Made by a program: the position numbers and the translations under genes. This document shows positions 49,592 through 61,732 of a stretch of DNA of 64,000 bases, piece after piece. Numbering within the stretch: the stretch's first letter is position 1; each line of letters opens with the position of its first letter. The DNA is taken from assembly GCA_965603825.1 (NCBI GenBank), contig CBFDEM010000063.1, forward strand, positions 496,001 to 560,000, written 5' to 3'. The notes under the pieces were generated by a model. The model had not been told where the DNA came from. It worked only from the letters and a program-made list of their open reading frames with translations, and searched no databases. This DNA comes from Blepharisma stoltei ATCC 30299 (Eukaryota > Protista > Ciliophora).

Positions 49592-50785
49592 TTAGAGCTT
49601 AATCATCACTTTTTTACTCAAGTTAAATTTGAAATAATTGGGTTTTGAACCGCAGCCTATATAAATTTCTCCTTTATTATATAAGCAACACATTTGAGTT
49701 GGATGATAAGGTATTATTGAAATTCCTACTGGCTTCCACACATACTCATTTCCAAATTCACTCTCATAGACTTTGCGCTTGCCACTCTCGATCAAATACA
49801 AGCTCCCTGCATTTATCAAGATCTTAGCTGCAAAATATTCAAAATCGTAAGGAATTTTCGAGAAAGAGTCAGTAGCAATTGAATATAGCCAAATACTCCA
49901 TGAAAATTTTCCAGCAATCAAAACATTTTCATTAAATATTAAACTATGACAACATGCATCAGCTCATGGCATTGGGCATAATTTAATTCATCGATTTTCA
50001 TCTAAATTAAACCTTTCTGATAGGCTTAAATTTCTACTTGTATTATCTGATCCTCCAAAGCAGTAGACATTTCTGTTAAAATATATAGCTGACGACCAAG
50101 AGCAAGCAGTTCCAGATGGCAAAATTCGGACTCTCAATTTTCTATCAATTATCGAAGTAATTCCAGAAGCTGGAAAATTTCCAAAACAGAATAATTCATT
50201 ATCTGGAAGTTGCGCTATACATGTATAATCGCTCAATTGTAATGAAGTATCTAGCAGCTTTACGTTTTCTTTTTCCTCTTCAGTGTTATACACAATTAAG
50301 CTCGTTTTCTTATTAACCTCACCAATAAGATAAAGAGAAGTATTTTGAAAGCAATCTTGCTTTAGTGATGGATCAGAAGCAGAAATCTTGCTCTCAATGA
50401 ATTGAAAATTTCTTATAAAATTTTGCTCTATTTCTTTGATTCTAATATCAGAACTGGAATCTTTAACTTTTGGCACCAACTTAATCTTATCCTCATCTGG
50501 CTTAGAAAATTCCTTTTCAATAATTCCGCTTGGTTTATCAATTTTTAAACAACTAGAGATTGTCTCAGAGATGCCCAATCTTCCCAGCTCTTCATAGAGC
50601 CATTTAATTTCCTTATCTTTTGTTTTAATTATTTGTGCTAAATGCTCTAAACTTATTTTGAGGGACTCTATTTGGCTCACATGCTTCTGCATTATTTTTT
50701 TGCATGCGGTTAGCTTTCTTTCGAGTAATAGATTTTTTTCTTTTTCCGAATTATACAAAGCAGCTATGTCTCCAAGTTGCTCCAT
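49592..50785 (-). CDS. coiled-coil + kelch-like protein (397 aa)
   Basis: Joined through two TGA codons. Motifs TCIAQLPDNELFCFG, VYCFGG and ENRW. Confidence 0.85.
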
Positions 50786-52207
50786 TTTTAAAGAAAATTA
50801 TTCTCCTATTGGTAACTGCAATTTTATTTGAAGCTGCTGATCTGTTTCATTGCATAGTTTTCTTATAAATTCATCAGGCTCTGTATGGCAAAAAATTAAT
50901 TTGTTTCCTCTCACAAATTGTCTTTTAAAGAATAAGAATTGCTTTTTCATTTTCAGCACTCTTTTAATGAGATAAATCCAATATTACAAAAATGAATATC
51001 GGGATTTTTATTTATCAGAAAAACCTATTAATTCATTTGAAAATTTTATCATTAAATATAAAATATTGTGCACTAAGACATAAGAGATTGCATAAGTAAA
51101 TATTATTAACCGCATCAGAGTTATGAATAAACAATTATAAGATATAAGATATCTCTAATATTAATTACTATTAAAGATAGGCAAGTTGATCATGATTACT
51201 ATATGAAAATCGCTGGATCAAGAATAAGTGCTAGTTTTTTTTTTAATTTTTAGGTAGCCTCGTTTAAATCAAAAACGGGGTGTTGTATGGTCTAAATTTT
51301 AGATTGCCTAAGCACAATACCACTAGTCAGGAGTTAAAGGGTGGACTCAAGCACTCCTAAACCACCCTGCTGAAGTAGATATTTAATGGTTCATTTCGTC
51401 AAAACGGAAAAGCTGACCATTTAGGATTTTGACAACGCATTTCATATTATCTAGTGGCTCTTGGCTATTTAGTTAAATATTGGATGATGCAAGATCAATA
51501 TCATCAAATATTACAAGTTTAGTTTAAGTGAAGAATTATTGACTAAACTATTTTAAAATAACTGGAAAATAATAATTTTATAGACTATAATTAGTTAAGA
51601 GAATAAAGCAATTGGTAGGGTTTTTTTATAATGAGCTGACTTTTATAGAGCGCAATCATCTTGCTTTATGCCTGAACATTTAATATAGCTCATCTAATCT
51701 TTTAAAGCAACGCTAATTAAGATTAGAATGAAAATTAATTAATAAGAAATTTTCAGGTTTAGCGATTTTAATTATTTGGCTACTTAATAGAGGAATAAAC
51801 GCAGGGTCTCCTTCTAGGAATGCTTAGAGCCTATAAACTTGCCATAGCTTAAATCTATACCAAACAGAAAATGGAGTTTATGATAGGATGGGTTTTCCAT
51901 CTGTAAGAAAATGGTTGATAGAAATTTCGAGTAATCAGCTATAATTATATATAAAGAGCATATACTGAGCTGAAGGCTGATCAGCTCAGCATTACTGCTC
52001 TATTTGATTTAAGAAAAATCTTGCTGAATGCACATTCTTGAACGCATCCTCCCGCAAGGCACCCGCATCATCCGTGGGATGTAAACAACACTAGCTAAGA
52101 GGGCGGACCGATTTATCACATATGGAAATAGCCACTCGCTGCCTGCCACTCTTAATATTCAAAACGCCGCAATATAAGCAAAGATAAATATATAAATAAG
52201 AAACTAA

Positions 52208-53233
52208 ATGGAAAACAAAAGCCAAGCCAATTTACTTAGTATTCAACTCAACTCGGCCATAGAAGGTCTTAATGATGTTGTAAAACGAACCCAAAATCAA
52301 ATAAGTCAAAACTATTCAAATAAACTATTAACTATTCAAGACCTAAAAGCTAAAACATCTGAAATTTTAAGTAAAGCCAAGAATGATCCAGAAACAGAGC
52401 AAGATTTCAGAAGAATTTGCTCGCTATATGAGACTCAGAGTTCTTCTTCTGATCAGTCACTTTTCCAAGCTTATCAAGAATATGTTGATGCCTATCGCAA
52501 AATCACTTCTCTTTATCTCATCGACAAAAATAATGAGAGAACTATTTTGACTATTTATGGCACTGAAAATGACAGAGAAGAGACCTGCGAGCTGGAAACT
52601 CCAGAAATGTTAGACCATGGTACATGCATTGCTCAACTTCCAAATGGCGAGCTATTCTGTTTTGGCAAATGGCAACCTTCTGGAATTGCATTCATATTAG
52701 ATAGAAACCTAAAATTCCGTAGATTGCCATCTGGACCCGCTTATGGATGCCCATCGGCTATTTATTTCAACAAAAACGTTTATTGTTTTGGAGGAAGAAG
52801 CTATAATAGCTTTTCAACTCTATCTAGTAAATTTGACTTAGTTGGAAATAGGTGAATTAAATTAACTCCTATGCCAAGAGTTGACCTTTCTTGCCGTAGT
52901 GTAATATTTAATGGGAACGTTTTGATTTCAGGCTGAGGAAAAAGAAATATATTGATATATTCAATTGATACTGACTCCTTCTCCACAACTCCTTATAACT
53001 TTCAACTTGATAAACTAAATATCCTTATTAATGCAGAAGATAGGCTATATTTAATTGAGAGCCCGAATGGTTCAGTATATGAAAGTGAAATTGGAAACGA
53101 GTATGTTTGGGAAGCAATAGGAAACTCGATAATAAGTTTTTGGCCTTTCCGAGATTATTATTCATTTAATAAAGGAATAACAAATATGCCTATTGGCTCC
53201 TATAGCGAGAAGTTGAAAATTTTAGCAGAATAA
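52208..53233 (+). CDS. kelch-like protein (341 aa)
   Basis: Joined through two TGA codons. Motifs GTCIAQLPNGELFCFG, VYCFGG and GNRW. Confidence 0.85.
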
Positions 53234-54596
53234 ATAAATTCATATGCAAGATTTAATTGCATTTATAAATAAACTTCATCTAATAAATAAGTTTACTAGG
53301 ATTCTTTTCATTCAATTATATACTTATAATAAATAAAATTTCCATACAAAAATGATGATTGGGGATATCTTCTATCTTAAATTTTATTTAAAATTATAGA
53401 ATTCATCAATTAGTAATAAATGAATAAAGAGATGTATACATTTCTTCTTGCTGTCTTTGCAAATGAACAATTTTTTTGTTTATTCTTAAGCGAAATAATT
53501 TTTATGAAATCTTTATTATTAATGTAATTTCAATTCCAAAAATCTCAATGATAAATATTTGATCCAATTATAGATGATTTTAGAATAAACCTCAAAGCTT
53601 AATAGAATTAAGAAAAAAATTTATTATAATAACAATTTTTTTACAAGCTACAGATATTATTCTCCAAAAAAAGGAGATTTTATATTTTCAATTTAACATG
53701 AAGATAATTGCTAGAATATATAATCATTGCCACTTGGGCAAAATGGAATTATAATTTTAAGATATAATTATAAGCTTGAGAGCACACTCAAAGATAGAAC
53801 ATTATAAATTTCAATTGAGCAAAAGAAAACTAATTCGCATTTAAAAGACGATGCTTAAAAGACAATGAAAAGATTTATTAATAAATCATTATTAAAATTT
53901 TAAAAGGTTTATTAAATTTAAGCTTCAAAATGTTTTTGAGGTAAAAATTTCTTGATTAGTTTTATAATACGTAAGATATTTAATGCTCATCTCTATTAAA
54001 ATCTAAACAGTATTTTTGCAATTAAATCAATTTGTAATATCTTTCATTTGCACTTGATATGATATATATTAGCATTACCAATTTAAAATTAATTAAAAAT
54101 AAATGGCACCTAATAAAAATAAGCTATCTCATTTCAATCAGTAGAAATTGAGCCATCAAAATCTAAAAATCATTTAAAAAGAAATATTATTATCCTCTTC
54201 AAAAATATTCAAAATTATGACCTAGAATTTAAACTCAATTTTTCTTAAAGGTCGCAATATAGATTTTTACCAACATCATTGAAGAGCCTTTACTTTGCAT
54301 AGCAGTTGGTAAGGGAGACACAAAGAAACCCTTTCAAATCTGTGTATTTGCTGAAGCAAGTCAGAAAAACGGTATATAAGGATTATCAAGCCATCAAAAA
54401 ATAATTATCTATTAAACGTTCTAAAATTCTAAAATAATTGTGAAAGATTAGATTAATTTAAAATTCTCCAATAAGAGCCATCATGGATAAATTAGGCAAT
54501 TTATAGCATTATCCTTCAATGATATAAAACTAAGACCAATTGCTTAAATTGTTGGAAAGATTTAATTATTTATCGAATATAAAAACAATGATAGCC

Positions 54597-57500
54597 CTAT
54601 GGGAATCTAATAGCTTCTAAGCGCTTATGAGTTGGAGAAATTTTTGATAATGAAATCTGGGAAGCTTTGCCAAAACTAAATGCAAACTTGAATAAATTCC
54701 CAGTGTCAGTCCCCTTTAGCCTAAAAAGCATGCTAGGATACTTTTTCTTTTGAACAAGCAACCCAATCGCTATAATAACACCTCAACCAAAAATTAGAGT
54801 CATTAAAAGTATAATTTCCCTGTTCTTGATATTAGCTATTAGGCCAGTCAAAGATAATAAAGCAAGCCATATAACCCCAATTATGCTCAGTCCTTGTCAT
54901 CAACTAAATCTTGGATAATTGTAGGGCTTGAATTTGAAAATAAATACTGCATATGCAGACATAACTATAATAAATATTATCCCATGAACAATTTTAGATG
55001 ATCTTTTGACACTTTGGTCTAGAACAATCACAAAGGTTTGGATCACTGTTTTGGCCATAAAAAATAGAGGAACAGTTTTTACATGCAAATTAAGTTGCAG
55101 TTCTTGCCAAAGTGGGCGGCAATATATAGCTAATGGCTCATATAATAGCAATGCCAAAACTGATAAGGCTGAATATATTAAATGCTCTTCTTTTCAACAA
55201 AAATAAAAGCAATCTTTAGCCAGAAAACTATCAGTGAAATTGTCTCCAATTGATTGGTCGCATTGAAAAATATCAAGACAGATAGAAATAAATGGAATAA
55301 AGCACAGATTTCCTAAAATAGGCATCGTATAGTCAGAAAGCCATCTTAAAAAATTTAGCAGTCATATTGAGGGAAATTTCTCGTCAAGCTGCAAAAGCAC
55401 AATCAAACAAAGAAGAACTCAGAGTCCAATTCCTGAGTAAACGCCATCTACAACTAATCAAAAGACTCCATTTTTCAGTTTTAAAGCATCTTCTAATTTC
55501 ATAGAAAATACATCACTTAATTTTGATAAAAAGGGACTGATAACTTTAAAGTCAGGACCCATTGATGCATATTGAAAAAATTCAATTGCAATACTACACC
55601 CCACAATTGCGTCTTCAATAGATATTTCTTCTCTTGTGATGAGAGGACTAACCGAAGTATTTCACCATTTCTTTCAAATATAAAGTGTGATGAGAATCAT
55701 TACTAAAGCAACAAAAAAGCAAATTCCAAATAAAAGAACCCTTCCTTTCTCAAAAGTTCTAATTTCTTTCGCGGGAAATGGGCACCCAGAATCCTCATTT
55801 CTAAAGTCAGTTGGCTTCTTTGTAGACCCATTGCCATAAATAATTGGATTTATAATAGAAATAACTTGTGAGCTGAAAGGTCGGAAATTGCCAATTGTGT
55901 ATACCTGAGCGTTTCCGTCTTCAGAAGTCTTGGCACCTTGAATAATCAATCAGTCAACAATTCTATCATTACTATCTTTCTCTATACTTACTTTTCCAGA
56001 GCAGCCATCAAATCTCGTGCTTCTTATTGCTTTCATTAATTTGCTCGGGTCAGTGTAATCATCCCCTCTATTGATCATATAATCTAATGCATTTGAAATC
56101 AAATAAGCTGCGTCTACATAATAGCAGGGTATAGGACTGGGTTCTGAATGATAAATAGAGATCATTCTATTGAACATATCCTGGCCGAATTTACCTGCTC
56201 AAGCATTACTTATAATTGAAAACATTGGAATCCCAACTTCCAATCGCTTGTATAAGTAGGTGTCATTAGTCGAAATTTGCGATAGAAGATCAGAATACCC
56301 TGCACAAATAACTAAATCCCCTTTTCTTACACCTAAATCATATAATAGCTCAAGAACATAGTTTCCCAATGGAGTCTGAACAATTAAAATTAAAAGTCTG
56401 GCTTGAGAATCAATAATTTTCTGTAACAAATGTGTGTAATTTCTTAAGCCAGCTCTATCTAAATTTGGAGGAATAAAGCTGCTGTTATCTGGATTCACCA
56501 GCTTTAGTCCTTTGTATTCTGAATATTGCATAATACTAGACAAAGCAGCATTGCCTCATGCATCATTTTGATATAGAACTCCAGCTGATTTTCAGCCCAT
56601 ACCTGCAATTAAAATTGGGTACTTTGAACAAATATAAGAATTTGACATCTGCACTCTTGAATACATAGGAAAATTTGATGTGGAACTTAGCAGGTCATCT
56701 GTATTTGTAGCTCCAACATTCGGGATTGATATATTAAGTTCTTTGAATATCTGAAGAGAGCCGATCGCCACCTCAGAGGTAAAGCCAGAGATATGAGAAA
56801 GCCCAATCTGGTCTATATCTTTATTGAAACAATCTTTTGCAAAAGTTCGATTGAACACTGTGACTCCACAATCAAAATTAAAAAACTTAATTTGAAAGTG
56901 TTGTAAAATGTCATTTCCTTCATTGATTTTGTCCTGAATGGCAAAAGCACCTCTGGCTGCTATCACTGCATTCTGATATGGAAGACTGCCAGGATTTGTT
57001 GTGCCAGCATTTATGCTCAAGTGAAGAACCTTTTTAGTGGGTATTGGTATTAAACTCTGTAACCCTGGGAATTCCAAGTCTCTAAATACTGTGACGCTAT
57101 CATTCATGATTTCTCCAACTATTACCCTTTTGCCATTTTGAATATTCACTAGTGAAAAGTGGCAACGATTTTCAATTATTGAATCCAATAACTTTTTCAG
57201 GTCTCCAGATTCATTTCTTGCTAGAAGTTCAATAATTTGTATTATAGAGTGTTTAAAACTGTCTTCGGCTGAAAGGGTATATTCCTTGCCAATTTCTGTT
57301 ATTATTAAAGAGCCATTATAGCTGCAGTTATAGCCACTCTCTTGATCAAGCAAGATTCCATTTCCACTTCCTAATAGCTTTTTATTTTTCAGCGAATTTT
57401 GAATTTCAGCTGATTGAAAAGATTCAGTAAAAAGGAAGTAGAAAGTTGAACCTGATGGAAAAATCACTTTATTTACAAATTCTTCAATGTTCGTCTCTGA

Positions 57501-58028
57501 TTCAATTATCATAAATTCTATATTCTCATAATACTGCAAAATTGTTTCTTTTCAGTTTGATTTTAATATATTACTAAGGAAAATTCCTTGTGACCAATTA
57601 AAATGCTTTAAAATTGCTAAAAAGGCATTTAGCAGCTCTGATTCAGAAGGAATAATAGAATAGGTTCATTTTGCTTGATAAAAAAGCTTATCTTGATAGA
57701 CTAAATGAAGCATTGAATGCTCTTTACAAATTTCAGAAATAGAAATCTGAACTCCAATCTCCTCAGAGAGATCTAATACCAGTGAGCTGCTTGCATATTC
57801 TAAAATGCAAGTTCTTAGAGAAGATATATTGCATTCATGCCATTCTATTGATTTGAAAGATTGATAAATTTCTATCATAATCTCTTCTTTAAGGGCATTC
57901 TTAGAAGAATTATCTCGGGCCAAAATAATTTCAATAGAGTAGCTTAATTTGATAAAAAGGAGTCATAGCAATAATTTGAGTGAAAGCAGTTGTCAGTAAA
58001 AAGTATGACCAAGTGAAAATTTCTCCAT
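54597..58028 (-). CDS. Venus-flytrap (ANF-receptor / periplasmic-binding type I) multipass membrane receptor, ~1143 aa
   Basis: Six ORF-track fragments form one frame from ATG 58028 to TAG 54597 with ~17 TGA=Trp. Signal peptide; KINEGNDIL, GFTSEVAI, LSSTSNFPMYSRV, GW..AGVLYQNDAWG and FDGCSGKVSI motifs; then ~9-10 hydrophobic helices. Confidence 0.88.
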
Positions 58029-58973
58029 TGTTATTATATATATGCTTAGTATATGCATTTCTCCACTACTCAATCATAATTTATAGATGACTTTATTCCC
58101 CTATCTATGGCCAGATTAAATAGTTTAGGAATTTTATTTCAAGATTCTAGATGAAGGTAAAACTTTGAGAAAATCTTAGAACAGACATTAATATGATGTG
58201 TATTTATGGAGCTTAAAAATGAAATCATACTTCTCTCAATTTTACTCTTTATTATCTATTAAATAAAATATCAAAAGAGTCTGCAAATTAATAAAAATAT
58301 AGTGATTTTAACTCCAAGTTAGACAAGTTTAAGTTTTAATAAAGTCACCATCTACATACAAAAGAAGGGTAGGTTAATTAGTATGAATCATATAATTTTC
58401 CGTTAATCACGTCTCTATAGTAATATTAGCTCTATAAGATAATAGCATCATATCCTATATATCTTTTATAGTTCAGTATACTAGAAATTCATTTTAAGAG
58501 GAGTTATATCTTTTATCCTACACATAATACTTATTTTTAACGCCTTCTATATATCTTGATTTTTTAATTCATTTTCAAAAAGTTTTATTCAGTTTTTTAA
58601 ATGTGCATTTTGTTTTAAATTATTTCCCTATATCCCATAAATTATAGTGTCCGTTTTGCTTTTTTAATGAGTCTGCGACTTTAATGCAAATCCTATATGT
58701 TCAATAGCAGCTTGAGCAGCACTATTAATGATCTAAGTTATAGATTCAAAGCTATTTGAATAGGCGTAATGGCCATCATAATGTTTTAGTTTCATTTCTG
58801 TTTTATTTTAGTAATAGATTCATCTTCCTTGGTGCGTTTATTTTAAAATTAGTATAAATTTGTAGCGTAAAAGTACAAATTGTGCTTTAGCTGTTACATT
58901 AATAAATCTATATATTATATATAATAATAACGAGTTCAATGAAAATATTTTTTATTATTGATAAGATTAAGGA

Positions 58974-61255
58974 TTATAAACTCTTTGCTTTATTAATAGA
59001 TTCCATAGCTTCTTCTCTTCTGCCTAATTTTATAAGAGCATTTCATTTATTATAATAATAAAGCGCACAGTTTGGATCAATTCTAATAGCATCGCTGTAA
59101 TACTTTGCAGCTTCTTCATATCTTTTTTCATTAAAACAAATAATTCCTATGCCATTATATGCAGGTGCACAGCTTGGATCAATTCTGATAGCTTCTTTAT
59201 AGCAATCCATAGCTTCTTCACTTCTGTCTAACTCTCTAAGAGCAGCTCCTTTATTATAATAATAAAGTGCACAGTTTGGATTGATTCTAATTGCATCGTT
59301 GTAATGCTTAATTGCATCTTCATATCTCTTTTCATTTTTTAAGATAAGTCCTATGCAATTGTATGCATAATTATCATTTGGGTCAATTCTGATAGCTTTT
59401 TTATAGCATCCAATAGCTTCTTCTCTTCGGCCTAACGCATATTGAGCATATCCTTGATTTCTAAAATAATGTGCACAATTTGAATCAATTTTAATTGCAT
59501 TCTTAAAATATTTTACTGCTTCTTCATATCTCTTTTCATTACAAAAGATTTCTCCAATGCTATTGTATGCATATGCATCATTTGGATCAATTTTGATAGC
59601 TTCTTTATAGCATTCCATAGCTTCTTCTCTTCTACCTAACTCTCCAAGAGCATCTCCTTTTATTCGAAAATAAAGTGCACAGTTTGGATTGATCCTTATT
59701 GCATCATTGTAAAGCTTAATTGCATCTTCATATCTCTTTTCATTAAATAAAATAATTCCTATGCGATTGTATGCAAGTGCACAATTTGGATCAATTTTGA
59801 TAGCTTCTTTATAGCATTCAACAGCTTCTTCTCTTTTACCTAACTCTCCAAGAGCATATCCTTTATTTCTAAAATAAAGTGCATCGTTTGGATTGATTCT
59901 AATTGCATCATTGTAGTGTTTTACTGCTTCTTCATACCTTTTATCGTTATAAAAGATATCTCCTATGCAATTGTATGCATATGCATCATTTGGATCAATT
60001 CTGATAGCTTGTTTAAAGCATTCCATAGCTTCTTCTCTTTTACCTAACTCTACAAGAGCATATCCTTTATTTTTAATATAAACTGCAACGTTTGGATTGA
60101 TCCTAATTGCAGCGTTGTAATTTTCTACAGCTTCTTTAAATTTTTCTTGATTATAAAAGATATCTCCAATGCCATTGTATAAATATGCATCATTTGGACC
60201 AATTTTGATAGCTTGTTTAAAGTATTCCATAGCTTCTTCTCTTCTACCTGACTCTTCAAGAGCATATCCTTTATTAGAATAATAAACTGTATGATTTGGA
60301 TCGATCCTAATTGCATCGTTGAAATGTTTTAGTGCTTCTTCATACCTTTTTTCATTATAGAAAATGTTTCCAATGCCATTGTATGCAGGTGCATAATTTG
60401 GATTGACTTTGATAGCTTCTTTATAGTATTCTATCGCTTCTTCTCTTCTGCCTAACTCTCCAAGAGCATTTTCTTTATTTGAAATATAAGCTGCGCAGTT
60501 TTGATCGATCCTAATTGCATCGTTGTAATGTTTTAGTGCTTCTTCATACCTTTTTTCATTATAGAAAATGCATCCTATACAATCGCTAGCGTATGCATGA
60601 TTTGTATCAGCAATTCCAGCTTCTTCATACTTGTATAATGCTGGCTGTAATATCTCCCATTCATTTTCAAAGTTCATATTATGCTTTTTCAATTTTAATT
60701 CCATTTCTTGCGGAATAACTCTAGACTTTTCTTGGCGAAAGCTTTTTAAAACTGCATCAATTTGTCTTCCTATTTTACTGAATAACCTAATATTATTATT
60801 TGATATTTTTGCAAAAGTTTCTTTAGGTTTTCAACAGCTTCAAGAGGCTGCAAGGCTAACAAATTTAAGGCTGGATCTTTCTCTATTCTCGATAGTTTTT
60901 GTGCTTGCCAGATTTTTCCGGCATAGCTGCTAATTTTTGTAGAATCAGAGTCAATTTCATTTAAAACTTCCTCAAAAATTATTTTATAGCGACAAAGAAT
61001 TTGAGTAAAGGAAGCAATTATATTAGCCTTCATTTCTTTAATTTTTGACTTTTCTTCAGAAAGAAAACTAAGGATTGCTTCTTTTGTGCCTTCAACAGGC
61101 TCTACAAAAATCGAGCTGAAATTATGAGGATTGCTGCTAGGTTGGCAATGCTTCACTATGTGTTTTTCGCAAGAATAAGTCGCAGGTGAAGTGCAGTTGC
61201 ATGAAAGCTCAACCTCACTGTCGCACATAGGCTGATAGCATTTGATGGCGCTCAT
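58974..61255 (-). CDS. Cys/His Zn-finger - coiled-coil - TPR-array protein, with one frame break near 60770-60835
   Basis: N-terminus CYQPMC..EVELSCNCTSPATYSCEKHIVKHC is homologous to the gene at 41304. About 16 TPRs in 68-aa pairs follow. Reads through TGA 59043 to TAA 58974. Confidence 0.8.
58995..60600 (-). repeat. 204-nt (two-TPR) tandem coding array, ~8 units
   Basis: GCTTCTTCTCTT... recurs at ~204-nt spacing (59417, 59621, 59825, 60028, 60232, 60436). Confidence 0.9.
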
Positions 61256-61732
61256 AATTTAAAATTTATAGTAGGGGACAATAAGTTAGTCACAAAGAGG
61301 TTGGCAAAATGGCGGATTCCAAAGATCAAGCAATCGATTTGACTATAAAAATATTAAATGAAAGATGCTTAGTAGTCCTACAATTGGTAACTTTGATAAT
61401 TTTTTAATTAAGAATTTTGGTCATTTGAACCTGATTCCAAAAGCTCTTCTATGCACTCCCTTGATTCAACTAGCATGGCTAGAGGGTGCTAGGACTACTC
61501 CCTTCTACTTGCTATTTTTTGACTACTCTTTTGTGAAAAATCTAAGAATTCCCTTTAAACAGCTCCATAAAAATTCTATCAATGGCATGAGCCTTAAAAG
61601 GAAGCTTTAAATGCTTCCCGAAGTGCAGTTCACAGGATAAAGTTAAAGAAGAGGTGTACAGGCATGTATATATAATTATTATAATGACTGCTTATTAAAA
61701 ACAAATTATTATTTAAATCTGCATTTTGTGGA

